From: an uncultured virus (IMG/VR IMGVR_UViG_3300032007_000064)
Lineage: Duplodnaviria > Heunggongvirae > Uroviricota > Caudoviricetes
Length of the DNA: 64,000 nucleotides
Direction: 5' to 3' (one strand)
IMG/VR virus record: IMGVR_UViG_3300032007_000064
The translations under genes were made by a program, and so were the position numbers. This document shows, in pieces, positions 51,947 to 60,722 of the stretch (its first letter is position 1; each line of letters starts with the position of its first letter). Below the pieces are notes generated by a model. It was not told the DNA's origin. It was given only the letters and a program-made list of their open reading frames with translations, and searched no databases.

Positions 51947-54680
51947 CCTCTACCTCTATTTCTTTCTCTTCAATAGTGAATCTTTCTCCGCCGTAATATA
52001 TTTCGCCATCGGCACAAATCGTCGGATAAGACATTATTCGGTTATTCTTATTGAGCAAGTTTTCTATGATTTCTCTTCCGCACATATTCCATGCGAATCT
52101 CTTTGTTGAACTGCGTTTGTAGCACAGGTCTAAAACGATGTCACACAATTCAAATCTGTCAGGGCATATCTTGTAACATTCCCTTTTAAACTCATCATTG
52201 ATTAGTGAGAGATCGGAGAGAGAATCGTATTCATCAACGCGCTCATATCCAGACTTAATCGCATAACTCTGCAGCCGTCTGTTATATTCTTCATACAAAC
52301 TTTTAATCTTATAGAATTTGTTCTGAGTATATTCGATACCTTGCTTCATAATCGTATAATCAAATTTTGTTTCAGCATTGTGCCGTCCGATGTATCCATC
52401 AAACTCTTGCTCGAATTTATGGCATATACGATTTGTCACACAGTTTCCAATGCCAACAGGAAGATGGAAGTAATAGTGAATCAGAAACTCTTCCTGACGT
52501 TCTGTTTTGTCAGGCAAGGCTATAAGCTCATCTACTGTCATCTGAAATTCACGCAGAGCATTTCGATCTGCTCGTTTGGTGTACGTGCGATACTCCTTAC
52601 GAAGTGATGGGTAGATGTACTGCATGTAATATGGTTTCTTGTCGGCGACAATCTCGCGATAAAACAATCTTATGGATTCATCCTCGATTTTATTAACGGA
52701 ATGTCTGTCGTGCCAGTTTCGCGGCATCGGATTTGAGACTATGCCCTTTATTGAATCAATCGCATTTTGTTGATATTGCTGACCTGCCTGAATACGGTAT
52801 TCAAGCATCTTGTGCTCTGTGCTGTCTTCTGGATATCCAGACTGTATATCAAACATGCTCGTAATCCAGTTTGTGATTTGACCAATTTCATTACCAAAAC
52901 CGGATATATTCGATGTGATGAAGTCTTCTTCTGTAGGAACAGTTTTGACCGCCTTCTTTTGCAAACACATCAATGTTCGCTTTGGCCTGAAGTTTCTAAT
53001 CAACGGTCTATTGTCTGTCAGAAATACCAAGTCTCCGTCAAAATCCATTCCGTTAAGAGCAGCTGCAATTGTATCCCACGCATTGAAAATCGTACATGTC
53101 TGCATGTACTGATACCAATGGGTTATTTTATTATCATCCACCGGATGCACTAACTTGATATTATTTGCCGAACTCATCGGACTACGGAAGCAGAGCAGTT
53201 CTTTCGAACCTTGGTCGATCCAGTATTTATTGTAAATCTCTCCAGCTTTTAGCAACCCTGTCTTCTCCAATCCGAAAATGCTCTGGCAGAGCAAATACGG
53301 ATCACCGCTACAGATAGAATAATTACCGTGCATCTTCAATACACCCACCTTTGCCTGGTCAATTCTATTCTTGATCAGTCCGTAGATTGTACTCTGTACA
53401 TATGGATCGCACATAATATGACGGTCGACCGATATAGCCTTGATGAAGTCGTCAGGAGTATGGTCAACATTTTCATATGTCATACCAGCGCCGCGAAGGA
53501 AGAGTAGTGTCTTACGCCAGTCGCCGTTCAGCACGTCCTTGAACTCGTTGAGCGTCGGCGCGATCAGCTCGTCGATATCATCGTCAGATATCCAAGAGAA
53601 TGGATTGAGATACTGGTAATTGCTGCAGCGTTCATTCTCTAATTCTTTTGGGCAAGTTTTTGTAACCGCAAATGTATATCCATTTTTCTGTGACTTTTCG
53701 AGATAATCTGCGCAACTTTTATAAGAATCCCACAACTTTAGCATAGATTCTGTAAGAATTAGTTCAACATTTCGAATGTCAATTGTATCTCCCCAAACAT
53801 CAGTTATGTAATACTTTCCAGCAACGTTTTCGGCAAAATCCAGAAAGTCAAAAGTAAACACCATGCCTTTCTCGAAACTTGCCCGCGTATTACAGCCGGA
53901 TACGAGATAGTCCAACCCCAATTCATCGCTCCATCTTTGGGCGAGAGAGGGGAGCATCAAACCGAAACCATCCGATGCATTCATCTTAATCAATTCGTGG
54001 TCTGCATCTCTCATAACAGGTTCACCGCCATCTTCATCTGATAGATACGTGATGTCTTCAAAGAATTGAGTCTCAGCATCTTTCACAACACAAATACCAT
54101 GTGGCATCGAAACCGGAATCGATGCACTGCATGTCAATGCTTTATATGCTTCAAGTTTTGCTGTGACAAATTCCTTAGATAAATCGCGATCGTTGTTAAT
54201 CCGTCTATCTAATTCATCATGAAGACGTTCGCTGACAAACACAATTGTTGAATTCTTAATCCCACCATTTGTACCAAGCAGACGTTTATACTTCACACCG
54301 TTGATACTGAAACCACGACAGGCTCGCCAGTAATCCTTCTCTTTGTCAATAACCAAACTCATGTAGTCTGGCTGAAACTGTAGTTCGTCCAATTCTTTAT
54401 ACAGTTTCCTGATCTGCCGTTTAATCTGTGCCGTATTTCCCTCTTTACGTAAATATCGGATCTCAGACTTTATCTCTTTAGCTTTCTCATCCGCATCGTG
54501 TATGTCGTTTAATTCATCGATCCATCGAAGCATCTGTGATGATGCCAATGCTATAACTTCATCGTTTCTTCTGGCTTCCTCAAGCGTTAATTCTAATTTC
54601 CATCTCTCTTTTCGCAGCCTGCTGCTATGTATTTTGAATATGTATTTCTGACATGATTGCTGCTTACTTATAGCAACCAC
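51924..54680 (-). CDS. yonO: Single-subunit two-barrel RNA polymerase (SPbeta YonO / cellular RdRP-like)
   Basis: SDGFG, KGM, FRSP, ALNGMDFDGD catalytic loop, IGQITN, Q..IDS.K. Confidence 0.88.
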   Translation of the reverse strand: MVAISKQQSCQKYIFKIHSSRLRKERWKLELTLEEARRNDEVIALASSQMLRWIDELNDIHDADEKAKEIKSEIRYLRKEGNTAQIKRQIRKLYKELDELQFQPDYMSLVIDKEKDYWRACRGFSINGVKYKRLLGTNGGIKNSTIVFVSERLHDELDRRINNDRDLSKEFVTAKLEAYKALTCSASIPVSMPHGICVVKDAETQFFEDITYLSDEDGGEPVMRDADHELIKMNASDGFGLMLPSLAQRWSDELGLDYLVSGCNTRASFEKGMVFTFDFLDFAENVAGKYYITDVWGDTIDIRNVELILTESMLKLWDSYKSCADYLEKSQKNGYTFAVTKTCPKELENERCSNYQYLNPFSWISDDDIDELIAPTLNEFKDVLNGDWRKTLLFLRGAGMTYENVDHTPDDFIKAISVDRHIMCDPYVQSTIYGLIKNRIDQAKVGVLKMHGNYSICSGDPYLLCQSIFGLEKTGLLKAGEIYNKYWIDQGSKELLCFRSPMSSANNIKLVHPVDDNKITHWYQYMQTCTIFNAWDTIAAALNGMDFDGDLVFLTDNRPLIRNFRPKRTLMCLQKKAVKTVPTEEDFITSNISGFGNEIGQITNWITSMFDIQSGYPEDSTEHKMLEYRIQAGQQYQQNAIDSIKGIVSNPMPRNWHDRHSVNKIEDESIRLFYREIVADKKPYYMQYIYPSLRKEYRTYTKRADRNALREFQMTVDELIALPDKTERQEEFLIHYYFHLPVGIGNCVTNRICHKFEQEFDGYIGRHNAETKFDYTIMKQGIEYTQNKFYKIKSLYEEYNRRLQSYAIKSGYERVDEYDSLSDLSLINDEFKRECYKICPDRFELCDIVLDLCYKRSSTKRFAWNMCGREIIENLLNKNNRIMSYPTICADGEIYYGGERFTIEEKEIEVEDDSFERD

Positions 54681-54713
54681 CTCGTTCCAAGTTCATTAAA
54701 CTGTATTGACCAA

Positions 54714-54899
54714 TCAAAAAAATATATCATCGTCGTACTCCTTCACATATGAAAACCATTCATCGTAATATTCTTTTCTTCCGTTCTCTATTACATCATT
54801 CATGTATTCATTATCATCTTCAGAATAGTAGTTGTCGCATTTATTCATGTTTGCATCACATACCTCCATAAAAATGCAAGATTTGCATGTTCCTGTCAT
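54714..54899 (-). CDS. Small Cys-containing acidic protein
   Basis: CKSCIF..C....C; start overlaps the helicase stop. Confidence 0.6.
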   Translation of the reverse strand: MTGTCKSCIFMEVCDANMNKCDNYYSEDDNEYMNDVIENGRKEYYDEWFSYVKEYDDDIFF

Positions 54900-56155
54900 T
54901 AATCGTCTGCACCTCCTTCCTCCAGACTGGTGATCCAGTCATTTAGAATTCTGCGCATCCGGCTGCTCGGCAAGTACAGGTGTATTTTCTTTCCATCTCG
55001 TATTGCCGATCTCCATATCCACTGCACAAGAGTGGAGAGTGCATATGCCTCTTCATCAACTGAGAGGCCGTGTTTATAAAAGAACTTCTTCTCGTTTACG
55101 TTCATATATATATTACAGATATAAGCTAAATATAATCTGTCTCGCAGTTCATTCGTTGCACGTTGGTTTAACACCGTAAATGAATCGCTGTAGCCTCGTC
55201 CTTTGATCGACTCCTTTACATCCTTAAACGTAGCCCACATCCTGTCAGCAGCATTTGATTCATTCCATATGTTTCTGAACACATTGTATGTATTCCTCTT
55301 CAGCTGTCCAATATCTTCCTTATTGGCTTTGCTGAACCAGTTTAGAGAGAGAGCATTTTCATCCATGCCAATAGCATTCAGCTTCTTATCATCTACAATT
55401 TTAATCATATCCCTTATATGTCCAACATAATCAGGTATATACTGTTCATTCTCACTAAATCTATATATATACTCATCGTTCTTTATATCTCTTGTAATTC
55501 CTATATTCGTATATGGAATATCATACATCTGCAAGAAGTTATACATACTTTGTCCTTTAAACAAGTACGTGAGTATAAACACATCTTTAAACGATGTCAT
55601 AAGCTCCGGAGAGAGTATCCAATAGAAAAACGGAGAATCTGTATCAACGTTACTTCCTCTAGTCCTCATCAGCTGTCTAGTCCTCATCAGCCGTAATACG
55701 TCCATAAACTTCTTTCCCTTATAATTATCGTTTACCAATGTATATATATCATCCTCACGTTCTACATATCCCCCAGCAACCAATAACTCAACGTCATCTT
55801 CTTCAATCTCATACTGTTCCAGAAGTTCTACGCTTTCATCAATTATAAGTGTGTACTCCTGTTCTCTTACTGCATCCAACATAGCGTATGTATATAATTT
55901 AAATGCCTGGTGTGTTGTGGCTATATTTCTGCCCTGCATTACTAACTCTTGTGTATGGGAGACTTTGCTGTTCCCATGTATCCAATCTTTGTTTGGTTCT
56001 ACAAAATGCAATTCTCTGCAAGCATCGTGTATGCGCTTTGCTTCCTCCAAATATGGAGTAATGTATATAAACTTCTGATCTGCATGTTCGTTCATATACG
56101 TAATAGCGCTACTGCTTTTCCCTTGCCCCATAATTGCATCACATACATATATCAA
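54899..56155 (-). CDS. SF2 helicase-like/P-loop protein
   Basis: VCDAIMGQGKS Walker A, YITPYL, TTH, LIIDE, QWIWRSAIR; TTG start with GAGGTG RBS. Confidence 0.75.
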   Translation of the reverse strand: MIYVCDAIMGQGKSSSAITYMNEHADQKFIYITPYLEEAKRIHDACRELHFVEPNKDWIHGNSKVSHTQELVMQGRNIATTHQAFKLYTYAMLDAVREQEYTLIIDESVELLEQYEIEEDDVELLVAGGYVEREDDIYTLVNDNYKGKKFMDVLRLMRTRQLMRTRGSNVDTDSPFFYWILSPELMTSFKDVFILTYLFKGQSMYNFLQMYDIPYTNIGITRDIKNDEYIYRFSENEQYIPDYVGHIRDMIKIVDDKKLNAIGMDENALSLNWFSKANKEDIGQLKRNTYNVFRNIWNESNAADRMWATFKDVKESIKGRGYSDSFTVLNQRATNELRDRLYLAYICNIYMNVNEKKFFYKHGLSVDEEAYALSTLVQWIWRSAIRDGKKIHLYLPSSRMRRILNDWITSLEEGGADD

Positions 56156-56497
56156 TAAATCACCTCACTTTCTACTATTTTCCCTGTCCAAAAATGTAAA
56201 GTATATTTTACATTTATGGAGTTAACGCGTTTTTGGCTGCCCGTTTCACCTCGTTGCGAGTGTTTATAAGTCGATATAGCTAAGGGTGTTTAAGAGCTTT
56301 TTTTATATATAACTTCCTTTATAAGGGGTGAAGAGAAGAATGTTGAATCTACGCGGTTTATCGGGTGTAAAAAATCAATTTTAGCACGGGGGGTGTGCTA
56401 AAATGTGTTTTTGGGTGCTAAAAATTGTGTCTGATATCTGTCGATCTCCAAGATAAAAACATGTATTAAATTGTCAAAGTACGTTCATACAAATGTA

Positions 56498-56526
56498 TTG
56501 ATATGATCTATAAATATCAATAGAAT
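56498..56526 (+). promoter_or_regulatory. Divergent sigmaA-like promoter inside a palindrome
   Basis: TTGATA-17-TAGAAT; TTGATAT...ATATCAA inverted repeat. Confidence 0.4.
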
Positions 56527-56540
56527 GTATTGATACTATT

Positions 56541-56569
56541 ATAATACCATAACATAATTGTGTTGTCAA
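56541..56569 (-). promoter_or_regulatory. sigmaA promoter towards the helicase/RNAP operon
   Basis: TTGACA-17-TATTAT with extended -10 TG. Confidence 0.6.
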
Positions 56570-57014
56570 CACATAATTTGTAACAATTACGTAATATTTA
56601 TATCTGTTTATGGAACGTGAAATTCTGTGCTTTGTTATTGTTTTGGATACTAAAAAGTACAGAAACAATAGTTTCACATGAGCAACCGTTCATACGTTGT
56701 TATGGATCACACACACTAGATATAGTGGGTGAGTGTGGTTTAAGTGGTAGATGTTGTGGGATGTGGGAGAGAAGGCAACATAGTGGTCTGGGAAAAATCG
56801 AACACACGTTCGAACCATAACCACGCCCCTACACGTTCCATAGGGATAAAAGGGAACATGTAGAAAACAGGCAGAGACAGACAGAAGAAAATCAGAACAG
56901 ACGGCACACAGACAGCACACAGACGGACAGCAATTATTAAATATTTCTAAAATTAGCAAAATGTAAAATATATACGACAAAATGTAAACTCATTAGAATG
57001 TATCCACTTGACAC

Positions 57015-57043
57015 TTCGTGTTACACTATAGGTGTAACACGAA
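57015..57043. promoter_or_regulatory. Perfect 12-bp inverted repeat (operator or hairpin)
   Basis: TTCGTGTTACAC-TATAG-GTGTAACACGAA next to a TTGACA hexamer. Confidence 0.5.
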
Positions 57044-57118
57044 AACACAAAACACAGACAGCCGCAAACGCAACGCGGCACACATTCACAGCGCAGACAG
57101 CGCAGAAAGGAACAGAAC

Positions 57119-58723
57119 ATGAAAAAGCAGAACACTCAGAACACAGCGAACACACAGAAACAGCAGTCAACACAGTTCAATGTTTCACGTGAAACATTGA
57201 AGCAGAAACAGCAGACAGCACTGCATACTAGCCGCACACTGTATGCCATGCAGAAGGACGCACAGCAGAAAGCAAAGGCACAGACACAGAAACAGGCACA
57301 GGCAGAAGCACAGACAGATGCAGAAGAACAGAACACTTTCATTGGATATGCCGACAGATATGCACAGGCGGCAGAGACAGTACGCGACACACATTTTCTT
57401 TTGTCATTGGATGCTGTAAAGCACTGCTCACAGCTTGCCAACAGCTACAGAGACAGACAGCGCACAGCATGGACAGAAGCAACAGAGACAGCGCGCACGC
57501 TTGCATCAATTATTGCCGCGTCTGTGATAAAGAAGTGTGATAACGTGGCCGCGTCTGAAATGACAAGACAGCTACGCAACAGCCGCACACAGGACGTTCA
57601 CAGGATGGAAACAGCCGCGGCGCGTATCGCGGAACAAATCACAGTAAGCACGAACAAAAACGGCGATACGGTCACGGAGTATTCTGAGGACTACGCAAAA
57701 GTAGCGTCTGACGTTTTCGAGACTATTCTGGACGGCGCTGACCTATACCAGACAGCATACGAAACTATTATGGCAGAAGGCGCGGACGGCATAGACTTTG
57801 AATATACCGAACGCGTACTTGACAGGCGCGTTGCTATCCGTAAAGAGGATAGCGCCGCATGGAAAGAAGTTGAAATGACAGCAGGACAGAAAGCACATAA
57901 GGCAGTACGCGCTTTGATTGAAAACAGCCGCGCCGCTGTCGATAATAACCGCTATTGCTATCTGTCTGAAATAGTGAAGGACAGCGAAAACAGCACAGAA
58001 GCAGACGCGGCAGAAGCTGTCTTATATCACAGACTGCCAAAGTTCTTTTCTGAGATGGACACGGCACAGGATAGCGGCTTTAACTCTCATCCTGTCCCCG
58101 TCACAGTGTCAGAAACAGACTTTGAAGAATATGAAACACTGTGTGAACAGTCAGCAGAAACTTTATCGGAACAGTTTAATCTGTCAGCACAGCAAAAGGA
58201 TATACTTTCAAAGCTGTTCCTTGGATATGGTAAACAAGCTACAGCAACATATATCGGTACTAATATTGGTAACGTATGTAACCAGATAACACGCACAAAA
58301 CAGAAAGTAAAAGCGTCTGACTGGTATGCAGAACACACAGCGGCAACAGCACAGGCAGAAGCAATTCTTTTCCTTTTGGAAACAGAAGCAGAGGACAGCA
58401 AAACAGCGGCACAGCGCGCGACAGAAGCAACAGACAGCGCACGCAAGGCGGCACAGGCGGCAGACGCGGCACAGAAAAATGCCTTCCGCGCCGCACAGCA
58501 CGCGGCAGAGTATGCACGCACAGCGGCACGCACAGCACGCACAGCGGCAGAGAAAGCAGAACAGGCGGCGGCACTTTCTGACTTTTGGAAAGCGGCACAG
58601 GCGGCACAGGCGGCAGACAAGACAGCACGCACAGCACAGGCGGCGGCACGCATAGCACAGAAACAGGCACAGGCGGCACAGGCGGCGGCACGCGCAGAAA
58701 GAAAGGAACGTCTGCACAGATAA
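57119..58723 (+). CDS. Sigma-factor-like/LuxR-type HTH protein with Ala/Gln/Thr-rich termini
   Basis: LSAQQKDILSKLFLGYGKQATATYIGTNIGNVCNQITRTKQK resembles sigma70 region 4; ADLYQTA resembles region 2; AAAGGA RBS; followed by a terminator. Confidence 0.6.
   Translation: MKKQNTQNTANTQKQQSTQFNVSRETLKQKQQTALHTSRTLYAMQKDAQQKAKAQTQKQAQAEAQTDAEEQNTFIGYADRYAQAAETVRDTHFLLSLDAVKHCSQLANSYRDRQRTAWTEATETARTLASIIAASVIKKCDNVAASEMTRQLRNSRTQDVHRMETAAARIAEQITVSTNKNGDTVTEYSEDYAKVASDVFETILDGADLYQTAYETIMAEGADGIDFEYTERVLDRRVAIRKEDSAAWKEVEMTAGQKAHKAVRALIENSRAAVDNNRYCYLSEIVKDSENSTEADAAEAVLYHRLPKFFSEMDTAQDSGFNSHPVPVTVSETDFEEYETLCEQSAETLSEQFNLSAQQKDILSKLFLGYGKQATATYIGTNIGNVCNQITRTKQKVKASDWYAEHTAATAQAEAILFLLETEAEDSKTAAQRATEATDSARKAAQAADAAQKNAFRAAQHAAEYARTAARTARTAAEKAEQAAALSDFWKAAQAAQAADKTARTAQAAARIAQKQAQAAQAAARAERKERLHR
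57181..57196. promoter_or_regulatory. parS: parS centromere-like site (perfect consensus)
   Basis: TGTTTCACGTGAAACA, embedded in a perfect 26-bp palindrome at 57176-57201. Confidence 0.75.
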
Positions 58724-58746
58724 AACACAGATAGCACACAGCACAG

Positions 58747-58779
58747 AAAGGCGGCATTTTTGCCGCCTTTTTCTTTTTT
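58747..58779 (+). terminator. Intrinsic terminator
   Basis: AAAGGCGGCA-TTTT-TGCCGCCTTT followed by TTCTTTTTT. Confidence 0.8.
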
Positions 58780-58788
58780 GGACAGGGC

Positions 58789-59052
58789 ACACAGGACACG
58801 CTGACAGGCACGCAGGGCGCGCTGTAGCGGCTTGTAAGAGGGTTTCCGATAGGAAGTGAGGGAACAGCTACACAGGACACGCTGACAGGCACGCAGGGCG
58901 CGCTGTAGCGGCTTGTAAGAGGGTTTCCGATAGGAAGTGAGGGAACAGCTACACAGGACACGCTGACAGGCACGCAGGGCGCGCTGTAGCGGCTTGTAAG
59001 AGGGTTTCCGATAGGAAGTGAGGGAACAGCTACACAGGACACGCTGACAGGC
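58789..59052. repeat. Perfect 81-bp tandem repeat, 3.26 copies
   Basis: Units start at 58789, 58870, 58951 and 59032 (ACACAGGACACGCTGACAGGC...). Confidence 0.95.
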
Positions 59053-59086
59053 GCTAAAAAATGGAAATCAAAACGGAGGAAATCGG

Positions 59087-59302
59087 ATGAAAGCTGATTT
59101 TTATTCTGTGATAATGGAAGAAGAAATCGACACAGGATGCTATTGTAGCTTAGTACCATGCACTCTTGCTACATTTCCTACATTATCATCTGCAAAATCA
59201 TACGCAAGATATATTAAAAAAATATATGTTGAGACTCATGTATTTGTTGTTCCTCAAACATGGGGACAATATACATACAATAATAGAAATCATATGAGAT
59301 AA
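59087..59302 (+). CDS. Small hypothetical protein, paralog of 62961
   Basis: GGAGG RBS; MKADFY...VPQTWG. Confidence 0.7.
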   Translation: MKADFYSVIMEEEIDTGCYCSLVPCTLATFPTLSSAKSYARYIKKIYVETHVFVVPQTWGQYTYNNRNHMR

Positions 59303-59463
59303 ATGGGTAATTAAAGCATGTATGCTATGAATTTTTCTCTGGTGTATGTGTTTTATGTAACAAATCCACTTCTCCTTATCGGTTTAATCATTCAAACATA
59401 CTCGCAAATTAGTTTGTTAGTATGTCTGGGTGATTAAACTGTATTTATGAAAGGAGAAATATC

Positions 59464-60219
59464 ATGGCACAGAAAACTAAAGCCGAAATCATGAAGGAAC
59501 TGAAGGAACTGAGAGCTACTGCTGAGAAACTTGTTGATCAGCGTAATGAGCTGAATGAGGACGGAGAGTCTGAGAAGGCCAGAGAAGTTGAAATTGAGCT
59601 TATTGAAACTGTCAACAAGTACACAAGCGAAGCTAAGAATCTTGCATACAATGAGTGCAAGAATTCGAAGAATCCGATGGTTGCTGGCTGCAAAAAATTC
59701 AATTATGATACTATCCGTGTCAAGGAAATCAGGATTGAAGGTTCTACGCAGACAACGCTCGAGATTGACGATGCTGTCAAACCTATCAAACTTCGTGAAC
59801 TGCACAACAAGTGCAACGGAATCGGTAAGGATCAGAAGTGGATTTATGCTGTTGAGAAATTTAATCAGAAGATGACAGCAAAGGTGTGCAGCATGTTGGG
59901 AATCGACCCGACAAAGGTTTATAACTCATATTATATGAGTAAACTTGCTAAGGATGTCCAGATTGATGCAACGGTACTCAGTGACGAATCCTGCTTCGAG
60001 GATATGAACAAAGTTGTACATAAGATGCTCGGTGATAAGTTCAATATCACGAAGGAAGATTATAACCGTATGTTTATCACATATGCTTCTGCAGATAAAG
60101 TCAAGGCACTTAAGACAATCTGCTCTAATCATGAGAAGATCACACGCAGCTTCCAGTCTATCTGCAACCGGCTTATCACTAATGGTCAGTGGGAAGTGGA
60201 CTTCCGTGAAGATAAGTGA
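59464..60219 (+). CDS. Hypothetical protein (probably highly expressed)
   Basis: AAAGGAG RBS, biased codons, N-terminal coiled coil. Confidence 0.85.
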   Translation: MAQKTKAEIMKELKELRATAEKLVDQRNELNEDGESEKAREVEIELIETVNKYTSEAKNLAYNECKNSKNPMVAGCKKFNYDTIRVKEIRIEGSTQTTLEIDDAVKPIKLRELHNKCNGIGKDQKWIYAVEKFNQKMTAKVCSMLGIDPTKVYNSYYMSKLAKDVQIDATVLSDESCFEDMNKVVHKMLGDKFNITKEDYNRMFITYASADKVKALKTICSNHEKITRSFQSICNRLITNGQWEVDFREDK

Positions 60220-60287
60220 TATAATGATCAGGTAATAAACCGGGTTGCGTCGGTTTATTATGCACAGTCAATTGGCTGTGTTCTGAG

Positions 60288-60318
60288 TGGGGGAATTCCT
60301 TCGGGAATTCCCTTTTTA
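60288..60318 (+). terminator. Intrinsic terminator
   Basis: GGGAATTCC-TTCG-GGAATTCCC followed by TTTTT. Confidence 0.75.
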
Positions 60319-60445
60319 ATTATGAACCTGTTTATTTTCAATTTTACGTCTCTCACACCCATCGTAGCATTGAAAATGAAGGGAAAATACATTATTCACC
60401 GCGGGCCGGGAAAACCGCCTCCATAATCGCTCTCGGCCTGCACAT

Positions 60446-60513
60446 CGCATGAACTCAGGCGAGGAATCTTGTCTATCGGCAAGGTTTTACAGGTTCGAAT
60501 CCTGTTCATGCGT
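60446..60513 (+). ncRNA. tRNA-like element A
   Basis: 7-bp acceptor CGCATGA/TCATGCG, T-arm ACAGG-TTCGAAT-CCTGT, minimal D-arm, extended anticodon-position stem. Confidence 0.55.
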
Positions 60514-60636
60514 CTCGAAGCGCCAGATTGATCGGCGTGGAATCTCTTAGAAGTGCGGGGAATATCACAACGATAATGCGTAGAAGTGATGTGATATTGT
60601 GCAGGAAAGGTGGGAATCCTGTACGTCTAAATCGTA

Positions 60637-60712
60637 TCATGTGCAAATCGGCAGGGAATCGCATCCTCCTCCTGTGCGGTTCCCTGAATTGGTTCGAATC
60701 CAATCTCATGAA
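60637..60712 (+). ncRNA. tRNA-like element B
   Basis: Acceptor TCATGTG/CTCATGA (one mismatch), T-arm ATTGG-TTCGAAT-CCAAT, 12-bp stem with a TCCTCCTCCTG loop. Confidence 0.5.
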
Positions 60713-60722
60713 TTTGTAACTG

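Noticed and set aside
55660..55692. 14-bp direct repeat (18-bp period) in the helicase gene
   Set aside because: In-frame micro-duplication (LMRTR twice) with no sign of function
56305..56330. dif-like site (ACTTCCT...)
   Set aside because: Only part of one arm matches; there is no XerD-type arm
58789..59052. CRISPR array
   Set aside because: The units are identical end to end with no unique spacers, and no cas genes are present
58087..59159. Cys/Val/Pro-rich minus-strand ORFs (58087, 58208, 58260) and the + ORF at 58326
   Set aside because: Shadows of the ACAG-skewed and tandem-repeat sequence; no RBS, and they overlap a better-supported gene
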